DNA from: Eledone cirrhosa | Taxonomy: Eukaryota | Length of the DNA stretch: 64,000 bases | Direction: 5' to 3' | Assembly: GCA_964016885.1 (NCBI GenBank) | Contig: OZ024745.1 | Span: 57,970,001 to 58,034,000, forward strand | Shown: positions 13,801 through 25,833 of the stretch, piece after piece | Position numbering within the stretch: the stretch's first letter is position 1 | Layout of the letters: each line of letters begins with the position of its first letter | The notes under the pieces: generated by a model | The model's input: the letters and a program-made list of their open reading frames with translations, nothing else | What the model was told of the DNA's origin: nothing | The model's database searches: none | Translations under genes and position numbers: made by a program

Positions 13801-14248
13801 GCGCCCGGGCAGGGATCCCTCAAAAAAGATTTGCCCTAGATGCGTGCGTCACGAAGAAACCGTTGCGCACGCATTGGTGCAATGTCCGGGCGTGGCTGAT
13901 CTGTGGGGCTACGCCGAACGACTGCTGTCGCGGGTGGCGCCGATTAAATTGACCGCCGAGTCCGTGTTGACAATCAAACCGCCTCCCCTCTTCACAAAGG
14001 AAGCAAAGGCGGTTTTTCTGTGCGTAATAGCCATGTTGAAAGAGGTTGTTTGGTGGACACGATTGAAAGGTCTGAGGTCAGGCAACTTCCTCTCTGGCCA
14101 TAATCTGGTCTACTTCTTCCGATATCACTTCGGAAGAAGGATAAGAATGGAGAGAGAGGTGCTTGGCCACAGGCAGTTTTATGAAAGGTGGGTGATAGTG
14201 GCGAGAATGGCTCGTGTAAATGGGCCTTCTCTGTATACCATCCTGTAG
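10811..14248 (+). CDS. A1 ORF2: APE endonuclease, reverse transcriptase and C-terminal CCHC zinc finger (1145 aa, intact)
   Basis: CET, GDWN, SYLDRF and TDH (APE); KSPGLDG, FRPITLLN, LDQSKAFDRV, QGCPLS and YADD (RT); CPRC..ETVAHALVQC. Confidence 0.97.
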   Translation: MDVLRVGCLNARGLGSTWKQAKLLNDLRSYSINVMVICETRISVLRQLAPTFDDFEVHASLCQPGGGGGVVVLLQKHLGLAVQVVHSDPEGRLLVLDVGSSESAALRLVVVYSPFGAERPDFFQRLETFLGTSRSLLLAGDWNDILDARWDYAGACPNRGGCNSLKGLLDRFNLVDRYRLDFPTVPTWTWRNHSGQSRSYLDRFLVRSKDRDILSCPEMRTVGYTDHKLVTCVVNLEKTHRQGPGYWKLNLSLPAKETYRNRISRLVKERLTGAIVNNRWWASLKREIRTESISYSKMLAADRNRNEKELTGKLEEAIKSEDVARVLASRTALNQFFDAKHEGCVIRSKIRALGNEGAKAVGWARVTEAKSGNRSTIRSLQDEDGRVIREPKQMCEAFQRHFARLFGGGEGPGGGVDFGPYLDGLPRLSNEDAESCEGPISADEIGDALSQCSRRKSPGLDGIPYELYLAMPVFFSELLEAVYFNWQQNGRIPCSVAKGVVTLVRKDENKGDSINNFRPITLLNTELKILAKVLAKRLALVVGGLVGDAQTCAIPSRSIHDNLHLMRYIIERVGNKPGFGGALINLDQSKAFDRVDHGYLDAVLAAAGFGPVCRGWITALHSNHICSRIKVNGYLSKPFEITRSIRQGCPLSSLLYVLTLEPLLRKLELLQGIPLEPGLSKAVSAYADDVTVMVSTDSEIEAIGTLLEEYERLSGAKLNREKSIGLQLGTWRGRPMPPHGVVGHWTEGPVKLLGVWFGPDLQVEKNWNEVTKKVFALTQKWDKCKLSLKGRAEVANIYIASVTYYRLTVVSCPKETLTTMERMLFQFLWKKRPPMVRRSICCQQPSKGGLGMLWLMMRRHALRLRHLQVFLTGQPVWAPFVKRAFPRLVSLTELQSWVKQRSGKLGDWHTECAQALRALWQAGQAIGGESTSSFYRGLVASRGDDTLGESLDMEEDELASLFGRTFGPGPMDNFQKSLAWQCFRGALPVRERLYRHGRPGRDPSKKICPRCVRHEETVAHALVQCPGVADLWGYAERLLSRVAPIKLTAESVLTIKPPPLFTKEAKAVFLCVIAMLKEVVWWTRLKGLRSGNFLSGHNLVYFFRYHFGRRIRMEREVLGHRQFYERWVIVARMARVNGPSLYTIL

Positions 14249-14462
14249 GTAAAGAAGTAAAGGAGAGGGGAGCATCTTCTCCATGTGCCCCCCGGGCAAA
14301 GGATTGCACACTTTTTCGGGGGTGTGTGCAACCCCCATCACGTCCCCTCCCTTTTGAGGTTATTTTCGATTATTTTCATGTTACACCCTTTTTACTCGAT
14401 TATATGTAAACTCCCCCTTTGTATTTGTCCCTTCTTTTTATGCCTTTATGGTAAATAAAGAA

Positions 14463-14497
<35 letters not shown>

Positions 14498-14715
14498 AGA
14501 CGTGTGTAACTTCGCGGAGAAGTTTCCGGTAATTTATGTAAGAAAAAAACGTGAGTTTTTAGTTAAATGTTATATCATTGTGTAACTTGACCCCTCGTCT
14601 GAACATTCAGGTGGTGGGTCAACGCATTTTCGCCCCTACAGGGGCGGAATATCCATTTGAAAATTTTTTTCTCCATCGAATCTTTGAAAAAATATTGTAA
14701 AATTTTGATTACGTT

Positions 14716-16635
14716 ATGAACGCTGCGTCCAACGATAATGGTGGTGGAGAGGCGGTAAGACTACAAAGCTCGCAGTCAACAACGTCTTCTTCACTAGATA
14801 CTATAGAGATGGAAAGACGAAATGAAAATGTAAAAACGAATTCATATTCAAACAACACAAATGACACCAAACAATTCAATGACAACAAAAATAACAGCAA
14901 CACCAATAATGATGATAAAAGCAACAATGATAACAACAACAAAGAAAAAAATAAAGACAACACCAATAACACCAGCATCAAAGACAACAACAACACCAAG
15001 GAAAATACGGATAATACCAACATCGGTGACAACAAGAATAACAACAACAATAACAACAATAATGACAACACCACCAATACGGATTCCACAAAGAAATCAA
15101 AAATCTCCTTTGCAGAGAAAGTTCAAAAAAAGGAAGAATTGATATATCTAGACATAACAAATTCTGAACAACTTTTAAAGGACGCTAGGAGATATGTCAC
15201 TTTCGATAAAAATTGTGCTTTCATCATCAATTCTCCGGTAGAAATTCGCAAGGAAACTGCTCCCAAAACGATAGTTTTTAGGACAGTTTCCAATTCTACC
15301 CGAAAACCAGTCCAATTGTCACAGAAAGAAATTGGGCTGGTTTTCAAAAATTCAATGAATGATATTGCATTCATTCAAAGAAGCAAACTTTTTGGGAGTA
15401 TTTCGGTACCCATGAAGGATCAATTGACGGCCCAAAATTACTCTTACTCTGTGTCGCCAATTGTATCCAACCTGTACACCTTTTTCCCTACATACATGGG
15501 AAAAAGGACACAAAAGATCAGAATCACGAGTGTCACACCAAAGGTGAACATATGGTGGGTACTGTGCGGCTTCATCAATTTTGATGAAGACAGTATACTG
15601 TCAGTAGGCAAGTCCCCCAGAGATGTATTCAATAGGACTAGCATTGAAGTTCTGGTGCAAATGAGCCCAGAGCGAATAGCTATGATCCCACAGTGTGTAC
15701 TCCTGGACGGACTCACCTACATAAACTTTTCAGTTGAGGGTAGGCGGCCTTCATGTTACCATTGCTTTAGCAGCGGTCACCTGAGGGCTTCCTGTCCTAA
15801 ATTAATGAACCAAAAAAAGGCTCTTTGCCGACACCCATCAAAACGACACAACCACCAACACCACCACAACAACAACACCAACACACAAAAATAACAATCA
15901 ACAAACACAGTCCCACCCGACCCCACTCCACCTAAAACTACTGCAAAATCACATACAGACACAATAGTTCCTCAAGACATACCCCTCCCCAATCACACAG
16001 ACGATACAACAGATGAGGCTATCTCGCCATCACCCAGTGAAGACGAGGGAGAACCCCATCGTTCGAAAAGAAAGAAAAGACATCACAAAAACAAAAAACC
16101 AGCAAACACTACCACAAACATACAACCACCAACACAAACAACAAAAACATCACAAACAAAACCCCCACCTCCTGAAAACAAAATACCTACAACAAAACGA
16201 AAGCACACACAAGAACTACGGACAAAAACAAACACAACACAATAAAATTACACTTACACTTACATAAACACTGAAAACAAAACACTAATGGAGACCATCA
16301 CGAACGACCCTTCGGTGAAAACCGAGGGGAAAACTTTCGCCCACTCCATTAAAAATAGCAAAAATCTGAACCTAAAACTGATTAGGGTCCCTATACAAAC
16401 TTATAGGTCCCTAAAAGAAACATTTGAGAAGGATGTGGGGAATTCCTGCGTGAAACCACTCAACCGCGTCCTTCTCAAATGTCTCCCCACCCCAGACACC
16501 CCCATCCCACCAGACCCCACCCCACCAAACATCTGCGTCCCCACCCCGCCGGAAACCACCACCCATCCAGACAACCCCTCCAACACCCCCATGGAAATCG
16601 TGCGGCCTGGTCCCCAGGAGACGAAGGGTGAGTGA
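14716..16635 (+). pseudogene. B1 ORF1 (zinc knuckle protein), frameshifted with a stop
   Basis: CYHCFSSGHLRASC; colinear with the intact 638-aa ORF at 56023-57939. Confidence 0.88.
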
Positions 16636-16668
16636 TCTCTTTTCCTCTTTTAATTTTTCAGCACCAAC

Positions 16669-19600
16669 ATGGCCAATATAAGAGTTGGATGTGTGAACGT
16701 ACGCGGCCTGGGGATGCCCTGGAAACAGGGCAAACTCTTAAACGACCTCAGGTCGCAAAGTATGGATGTGGTAGCCATTTGCGAGTCCAGGATCCACGGC
16801 GAGCGACAGCTGGCCCCCATCTTCGATGACTTTGAGATCTATGCATCTCTCTGTCAACCGGGGGGTGGGGGCGGAGTTGCCGTTTTGCTGCGGACACCTG
16901 GTCCTCGTAACACAGACGGTACATCTGGACCCGGAGGGTCGACTGGTGGTCCTAGACGTTGACGGTAGTGAAGGTGGAGCCTTCAGGCTGGTGGCCGCAT
17001 ATGCCCCATCCGGGACACCGCGGCCAGACTTCTTCAAACGTCTAGAGAATTTTCTGGGAATGTCCCGCTCCTTGCTTTTAGAGGGGGACTGGAATGGAAT
17101 CCTAGATGCACGTTGGGACTATGTGGGAGCATGTCCCGATAAAGGGGGGTGTAACAGCCTCAAACAGTTAATCGACCGATTTGACCTGGCCGATAGATAT
17201 CGACTAGATTTTCCGACTGCGCCACTGTGGTAGTGGAGTAATCGTAGCGGAACATTTAGATCGTACCTAGATAGGGTTCTAGTTAGAAATAAGGATACGG
17301 ACATATTAAGCTATCCACAAATGTTCATGTTTGCCTATTCAGATCACAAACTAGTGACCTGCATGGCCAACCTTGATAGAACCCATAGAGAAGGATCCGG
17401 ATACTGGAAGCTGAACTTGTCGTTACCGACAAGCAAAGCCTACAGTAGACGGATTAGCACTTTAGTTAAACAGCACTTGACAGGGGCCATTGTCAACAAC
17501 AGATGGTGGTACTCTCTCAAGAGGGCAGTTAGATTAGACTCGATAGTTTTTAGTAAAGAATTAGCGTTAGATAGAAATAGAACCGAGAAGGAACTGGTAG
17601 ATAAAGTAGAAGAGGCAATTAGAAGTGGCAACGTAGCCAGCGTGCTAGCAACGAGATCGGCCTTGGACCAGTTCTTCGACGCAAAGCACGAGGGCTGCGT
17701 TGTCAGAAGTAAAATACGTGCTCTGGGAAACGAGGGAGCCAAAGCTGTTAGCTGGGCCCGAATTACGGAGGCAAAAAGTGGCAACAAGTCCACGATTCGG
17801 TCTTTGAAGGACCAAAACGGACGCGTGATACGTGAGCCGAAGCAGATGTGTGCGGCTTTTCAGCGGCACTTTGCTCAGCTGTTCGGGGGGGGGGGGGCAG
17901 GGAGAGGCTATGGATTTCGGTCCATACTTCGACGGCCTACCGCGACTCTCGGACAGCGAGGCAAAGTTCTGCGAAAAGCCGATTTCAGCCACTGAGATAG
18001 GGGACGCGCTGAGCCAATGCGGCAAACATAAATTTCCAGGTCTAGACGGTCTACCCTACGAATTTTACGTAGCAATGCCGGACTTAATCTCCGGTCTCCT
18101 GGAAGCGGTCTACTGCAAATGGCAACAGAACGCGAGAATTTCCAGTTCTGTAACCGGGGGCGTGGTCACACTAATCAGGAAGGACGAGAATAAGGGGGAT
18201 GACATAGGCAACTTCCGGCCCATAACTCTGCTAAACACAGAGTTATAGATTTTGGCCAAGGTGTTGGCAAAGAGGCTGGCGCTTTATGTCGAGAACCTAG
18301 TGGGAGAAGCGCAGACATGCGCGATCCCGACCAGGTCCATACACGACAACCTCCACCTCATGCGATACATCATAGAGAGGATAGGGTGTAAACCCGGCTT
18401 CGGTGGGGCCCTGATCAACTTGGATCAGTCTAAGGCTTTCGATAGGGTTGACCATCGTTACCTGGATGCGGTGCTCGAGGCGGCAGGCTTCGGACCCGTG
18501 TTCAGGGGCTGGATTGCTGCAATGCACAACAGCAACATCTGCTCAAGGGTCAAGGTGAACGGTTACCTCTCGGAGCCGTTCCATATTACGCGATCCATTC
18601 GACAGGGATGCCTTCTCTCCTCCCTTCTGCACGTACTGACTCTCGAACCACTACTGCGGAAGCTGGAGCTATTGCAGGGAATCCCTCTGGAACCGGGACT
18701 GCGGAAAGCGGCGTCGGCCTACGCCGACGACGTTACAGTAATGGTGTCGAGCGCCTCGCAAATCGAGGAAGTCGGCACCTTACTGAAGGAATACGAAAGT
18801 CTCACAGGAGCGAAGCTGAACCGGGACAAGTCCATCGGTTTGCAACTCGGATCGTAGAGAGGCAGACCGATGCCTTCCGATGGCGTCGTCGGACGCTGGA
18901 CGGAAGGACCGGTAAAGCTGCTCGGGGTCTGGTTTGGTCCGGACCTCCAAGTGGAGAAGAACTGGAACGAAGTGACGGCCAAGGTGTTTGCACTCACCCA
19001 GAAGTGGGCCGAGTGCAAACTATCCTTGAAAGATCGAGCGGAGGTGGCGAACACTTTTATAGCGTCCGCCATCTACTACCGCTTGACCGTCGTGCCTTGT
19101 CCAGCCAAAACGCTCGCCAAAATGGAGCGCGCGCTATTCCGATTCCTTTGGAAGAGGCGGGCTCCTTTGGTGAGAAGATCCATCTGCTGCCAATACCCTT
19201 CTAACGGAGGGCTGGGGATGCCGTGGTTGACGATGCGCAAACACGCCCTCAGGCTGCGGCATCTCTACGTATTCCTCACCGGACAACCGGTGTGGGCCCC
19301 GTTCGTGAAGCGAGCCTTCCCACGACTCGTCTCGCTGACCGAGCTGCAGTCCTGGGTCAAGCAGAGACCGAGGAAAATGGGCGACTGGCACATCGAATGT
19401 GCTCAGGCACACACAGCCCTCTGGCAGGCGGACCCGGCGATCAGTGGAGACTCCACTTCGTCATTCTATAGAGGGTTGGTCCGCAGCAAGTGCGACGACG
19501 CGCTCAGTGAAACTCTAGGCGTAGAGGAAGATGAACTGGCCAGTCTGTTCGGTAGGACCTTCCGCCCGGGACCGATGGACAATTTCCAAAAGTCCCTGGC

Positions 19601-20102
19601 CTGGCAGTGCTACCGAGGAGCTCTACCAGTTCGAGACAAGCTCTACAGGCATGGGCGCCCGGGCAGGGACCCTGCAAAAAAGATCTGTCCGAGGTGCGTG
19701 CGAGACGAAGAAACCGTCGCGCACGCATTCATACACTGCCCGGGCGTCACTGACCTGTGGGGCTATGTAAAACGACTATTGTCGCGGGTGGGACCAATCC
19801 AGTTGACCACCGAATCCATTGTCATGATCAAACCGCCACCCTCCTTCAAAAACGAAGGAGAGGCGGTTTTCTTTTGTGTGATAGCTATGGCGAAAGAGGT
19901 TGTATGGTGGACAAGGTTGAAAGGGCTGAGGTCAGACACCTTTCTCTCCGGCCAACAACTGATTCTTTTTTTTAAATACCACTTTGGAAGAAGAATCAGG
20001 ATGGAGAGAGGGGTGCTGTACCCCAGCAAGTTTTATGAAAGGTGGGTGAAAGTGGCGAGAATGGCCCGAGTGAATGGGCCTTCTCTCTATATCAGCCTGT
20101 AG
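16669..20102 (+). pseudogene. B1 ORF2 (APE-RT-ZnF), multiple stops and frameshifts
   Basis: Consecutive ORF fragments carry GDWN, SDH, FRPITLLN, YADD and CPRC. Confidence 0.93.
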
Positions 20103-20726
20103 GTTGAGGAAAAGGAGGAGGAGAGGAAAGGAGTACAAGCTCTTCGTACTCCTGGAGATGAGGGTTGCACATTTTTTTTCGGGGGTATGTGTTACCCATA
20201 TAAACTGTCTCCCTCTATTGGGGAAAATCGACTAACTTTTAAATTCCATCTGTAATAACATTTTACACGTTTTTATTGTATGTAAACTTCCCCCTTTGTA
20301 TTTGTCCCCTTCTTTTGTGCCCCTGTGGCTAATAAAGAAATATATCTATCTATCTATCTTTGTGTCTGACGCGTGGAACATCGCCGGTAAGCTTTTTTGT
20401 TAATTTCTATACAAAAAACCGAACTAATTGTTTGAAAAAACATAACATTTTGTAGATTAGCCCCCCCCAAGCTGAATTGTCAGCTGGGTGGTAATCCCAT
20501 CTTTCGCCCCGATAGGGCCGAAAATTTTATTTAAAAAATTTGTTTTAAAATATCAGATTTTACAAACTAAATAACTTGAGCAACACAAGCACGCTGGAGA
20601 ACGTTAATAGAGAAAAGAGAGAGAAAGAGGCAGATATTAACGTTATATCTGCTTTTGCTACTATGGACGTCGCCATAGATACCACTGTCAACAAAGAAAA
20701 AAAAATTACCACTTGAAGATTTAAAA

Positions 20727-22408
20727 ATGTCTACCGTCGAAGGAGAAAATAACAATAACACACAAGAAAACACAGGAATTAAACCCTTTAAAATACATAC
20801 ACATGAAAAAGACATCAACAACTCTACAGATACATCTACACATAATGTTTCACCTCGACAAGGAACTGAGATTTCCAAGACCGAGGCTAACAACGATAAC
20901 AACAACAACAGCAACACCACAGAAAAAAAAGAAAATGTCTTTCGCTGAAACAGTGGACAAAAAACAAGATTTTATAAATCTTGATATCTCCAACGCAAGA
21001 GATATGCTCCAGCAAGGGAGAAAATGTGTAACTTTCGAAGAAAGAGGTGTGTTTAGAATTAACTCACCCCTTGAAATAAAGGAAGACACAATTCGCAGAT
21101 CAGTCACCTTTAGGACTGTGTCAAATTCCACAAGAAAGCCGACATTTGTTAACCAAGCAGATATAGAAGATACTTTCAAGGAAATTCTAGCAAATGTCGA
21201 TTTTCGCCAGCGAGGAAAAGAGTACGGAAGTGTTTAAAAGCGAGGCACTCGCCCAAAAACACCCTGTGACACCAATGGTGTCAAAAGCATACACCTTCTT
21301 CCCTACATAGATGGGAAAAAGGACACAAAAAATAAAAATAAAAAACAAACCTCCAAACATTAACATCTGGTGGATCTTGGCTGGCTTCGTAGAGCCAGAA
21401 ACTGATATGATTCTTTCGATACGAAAATCTATTCGACAAAGGTGGGCGGGTACAGATTTGGAGATTATGTTGCAAATGAAACCGGAGAGAATCTCCAAAA
21501 TACCCGAAAGAGTCGTTATCGATAATAACAACAAAATAAACATTTCGGTAGAAGGACGAAAATTTCATTGCTTTCGATGTGGTAGCACAGCACACCTAAA
21601 AACCTCTTGTCCACAAACACACAACAACAACATCATTAAAAAAACATTATTACCAACACCAAAACAACCAGCACCACCACAAGTACAACGACAGACGAAA
21701 CGAGGAACCACACCAAAACAAACAGACACTCAACCAACAACAACAGAAAAAACAGAGACAGCACCCCTGAAGAACACAGCCCCACTCCATCCCACTCCAT
21801 CAAACACTACCACAAACACAGACACTGAACGATGATTATTCATCGACGGATGAAGCTGCTTCTCCTTCTTTAAGTGAAGAAGAGGGAGAACCGCGGAAAT
21901 CTAAAAAATAAAACAAGAGACACCACAAAACCCCCAAAACTCCAATCACCAATACCAACACACAACCACAGACACAAACAACAACACAAACAACACCACA
22001 GTCAAACATCCCCCTATCAGCAAAACCAGCACCAACACCACCCAAACACAAGCACCCACCATAAAAAGAAAACTCAAGTACGAACAACAAACTAAAACAA
22101 CACAGCAAAAACACAAACAACAATACGCATGCATCAACACAAACAACAAGAGTTTGATGGAGGTCATCTCCCAAAACCCGAAGGTGGAGACGGAGGCAAA
22201 ACTTTCGTCAAGGCAGAATCGTCTCCACATATTAAAATTATAAGGGTTTCTATAATGACCTAAAAAATAAATTTTCACAGGATGTGGGCAACCCCTACCA
22301 CAAACCCATCAACCGCGTCCTGTTAAAACGTTTCCCCACCCCACCCAACACCCATCCAGCACCCAAATGGAGATTGAACAACCCGATTTCCAGGAAACGA
22401 AAAGGTAA
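20727..22408 (+). pseudogene. C ORF1 remnants (start uncertain)
   Basis: SFAETV, FRTVSNSTRKP, MGKRTQKI, CFRCGSTAHLKTSC, KPINRVLLK and MEIEQPDFQETKR* are homologous to A/B ORF1. Confidence 0.8.
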
Positions 22409-22449
22409 GTGCACCTTTCGTCCTTTTTCTCCAACTTTTCTTCACCAAC

Positions 22450-25400
22450 ATGGCTAGTTTACGAGTTGGAACCGTGAATGTACGTGGCCTAGGGATGCCC
22501 TGGAAATAGGGCCAACTTTTAAACAACCTTAGGTCACGCAGTTTGGATGTGATAGCCATCACCGAGTCCAGGATCCACAACAGGCAGCAACTAACCCCCA
22601 TCTTCGACGACTTTGAGATCTACGCATCTCTCTGTCAGCCAGGAGGTGGAGGTGGAGTGGCTGTCATGTTTCGGAAGAACCTGGACGTAGAAGTACAGTA
22701 AGTACACTTGGACCCGGAGGGTAGACTGGTAGTCCTAGACGTGAACATATTGGAGGTGGAGCCTTCAGACTGGTGGCCGTTTATGCCCCGACCGGGCAAT
22801 CGCAATCACGGCCAGACGTCTTTAAGCGTCTAGAGTCTTTTCTGGGAACGTCTCGTTCCTTACTTTTAGTGGGGGACTGGAATGGTATCCTAGATGCACG
22901 ATGGGACTATGTGGGAGCATGTCCCAGTAGAGCGGGGTGCAACAGCCTCAAAACTTTAATCGGCCAATTCCAACTGGCCAATAGGTATCGACTGGATTTC
23001 CCCACTGCACCACATTGGACGTGGGCAAACCGCAGTGGGACATCTAGATCGTATTTAGATAGGTTCTTCATTAGAGAAAGGGACAAGGAGATGTTAAGCT
23101 GTCCACGATTGAACATGGTTGCCTATTCAGATCACAAGTTAGTCGTCTGCTTAGTCAACCGTGATAGAATACATAGACAGGGTCCCGGATACTGGAAGCT
23201 GAACGTGTCGTTGCCGGCACGTAAAGCTTACAGTGAACGGATAAGTAGACTAGTCAAGCAACAGTTAACGGGAGCCATCGTCAACAATAGATGGTGGTAC
23301 TCTCTCAAGAAAGGAATTAGAATAGAATTGATAGGGTATAGCAGAGAGTTAGTCTTAGAGAAAAACAGAATAGAAAGAGAACTTGTTGCCAAGGTAGAGG
23401 AGTCACTTAGAAGTGGCAACGCGGCTAGAGTGTTAGCGTCGAGAACGGCACTGGACCAGTTCTTCGATGCGAAACACGAAGGTTGCGTGGTCAGAAGCAA
23501 AACAGGTGCTCTAGGAAACGAAGGAGCGAAAGCTGTCAGCTGGGCCCGAGTAGCGGAGGCAAAAAGTAGCAACAAGTCCACAATTCGGTCTTCGAAAGAC
23601 CAAAACGGACGCGTGCTACTTGACCCCAAGCAAATGTGCGCGGCCTTTCAGCGGCACTTTGCGCGACTGTTTGGACGGAACGACGGTGAGCCGAACGAGG
23701 CAATGGAGGTTAGTTCATACCTCGACGGCCTGCCGCGTCTCTCAAACACGGACGCCGAGTTCTGCGAAAGACCGATCACGGACACTAAGATACGGGACGC
23801 TCTGGGCCGCTGCGGGAAACGCAAGTCACCCGGTCTAGATGGTCTACCCTACGGGTTTTACATAGGCATGCCGGACTTCTTCTCTGGCATCTTCGAAGCC
23901 GTCTACTGCAATTGGCAGCAGAACGGGAGAATTCATAGTTCTGCAGGTAAGGGCGTAGTAACGCTGATCAGGAAAGACGAGAACAAGGGGGACGAAATTA
24001 ACAACTTCAGGCCCATAACTCTGTTCAACAGGAATTAAAGATTTTGGCCAAGGTTCTAGCGACGAGGTTGGCGCTTGTCGTCGAGAACCTGGTAGGGAAA
24101 GCGCAAACGTGTGCAATCCCGACCAGCTCCATACACGACAACCTCCACCTCATGCGATACATCATAGAGAGGGTGGGTAGTAAACCCGGCCTCGGTGGGG
24201 ATCTGATCAACTTGGATCAGTCTAAGGCATTCGATAGGGTCGACCATCTATACTTGGAAGCGGTTCTCAAGGCGGCCGGTTTCGGTCCCGTGTTCAGAGG
24301 ATGGATCGAGGCGATGCACACCAGCATCTGCTCGAGGGTCAAGGTGAACGGCTAGGGGTCCCCTCTCTCCTCCATTCTGTATTATTGACTCTAGAGCCAC
24401 TACTGTGGAAATTGGAGCTGTTGCAGGGCATCCCTCTAGAACCGGGACTGCGCACAGCGGCGTCGGCTTATGCCGACGACATGACGGTAATTGTGTCGAG
24501 CACCTCGGAAATCGGGGTGATCGGCGACTTACTGAAAGAATACGAAACGCTGACGGGAGCAAAACTAAACCCGAACAAGTCTGTCGGTTTGCAATTCGGT
24601 ACGTGGAGAGGCAAACCGATGACGTCCGACAGCGTCGTTGGACGCTGGACGGACGGACCTGTGAAATTACTCGGGGTTTGGTTCGCTCCAGACCCCCAGG
24701 TGGAGAAAAACTGGAACAAGGTCACGGCCAAGGTGTTTGCACTCACCCAGAAGTGGGCAGAGTGCAAACTGTCCTTAAAAGGTCGAGCGGAGGTGGCGAA
24801 CACTTTCATAGCGTCCGTCATCTACTACCGCTTGACTGTCGTGCTTTGTCCCCGTTAACACCTCGCCAAGATGGAACGCATGAAGTCCTGGGTCAAGAAA
24901 AGACCAAAAACGATGGGCGCCTGGCACATTGAATGCGCTCAGGCGCTCACAGTCCTCTGGCAAGCGGGCGCTGCAATCAGTGGAGACTCCACTTCGACAT
25001 TCTCTAGACGGATTGTACGTTACAAGGGCGACGACAATTTCCAGAGGCCCCTGGCCTGGCAGTGCTACCGAGGAGCTCTACCGGTTCGTGACAAGATCTA
25101 CAGGCAGGAATCCTTCCAAGAGGACGTATCCAAGATGCGCGGAGAACATTGAAACAGTCCTGCACGCAATTGTACACTGCCCGGGCGTAACTGACCTGTG
25201 GAACTATGCAGAACAACTGCTGTCGCGTATGGGACAAATCCAGTTGACTGCCGAGTCCATAGTAAGGATCAAACCGCCAGCCTCTTTCAAAACCGAAAGA
25301 GAGGCGGTTTTCCTCTGTACGGTAGCTATGGTGAAAGAAGTTATATGGTGGACTGGGTTGAGAGAACTGAGGACATATGCCTTTCTCTCCGGACAACAAT

Positions 25401-25543
25401 TGATTCCCTTCTTTAAGTATCGCTTTAGAAGGAGAATCAAGGTGGCGAGAGAGGCACTGCACCCCATTAAATTTACTGAAAGGTGGGTGAATGAAGCAAA
25501 AATGGCCCGAGTGATTGGGCCTTCTCTGTTTACAAGCCTGTAG
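22450..25543 (+). pseudogene. C ORF2 (APE-RT-ZnF) with stops, frameshifts and internal deletions
   Basis: GDWN, SDH, KSPGLDG, YADD, terminal GPSLFTSL*. Confidence 0.9.
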
Positions 25544-25778
25544 GTTGAGGAAGAGAGCAAAAGGAAGAAAGGAGCACTTGTACAACACGCTCCTGGAGTT
25601 GAGGGTTGTTCTATCGACGGGGTATTAAACACCCATTTGTGGCGCCTCCCCCCTATTGGGGATTTCGATTGTTGAAATTGTTTGTTTTTATATTTTTTAC
25701 ACAGCTGTATGTAAAATCCCCAGCATGTCTTTGTATTGTCCCTTTTTCTTGTACGCCCTGGTGGCTAATAAAGAAATA

Positions 25779-25833
<55 letters not shown>

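Larger units (their letters stand above)
8643..14463 (+). mobile_element. Full-length L1/Tx1-group non-LTR retrotransposon, family A copy 1
   Basis: 5' end AATCTAGCTGTCGTCTG shared with the copy at 25839; ORF1 plus ORF2; ends AATAAAGAAA followed by (TCTA)n. Confidence 0.95.
14498..20340 (+). mobile_element. Full-length L1/Tx1-group element, family B copy 1 (decayed)
   Basis: Starts right after (TCTA)n 14464-14497; ends AATAAAGAAA plus TATATC(TATC)n; closely related to the minus-strand copy 52313-58158. Confidence 0.95.
20359..25776 (+). mobile_element. L1/Tx1-group element, family C (most decayed copy)
   Basis: Distinct 5' UTR and ORF1 but the same architecture; TATC tracts at 20341-20358 and 25777-25834. 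Confidence 0.92.

Noticed and set aside
16628-16661. GT...TTTTCAG mini-intron in the B inter-ORF spacer fusing ORF1 to ORF2
   Set aside because: Only 34 nt, the splice puts the ORF2 ATG out of frame, and A and C have no AG at that position
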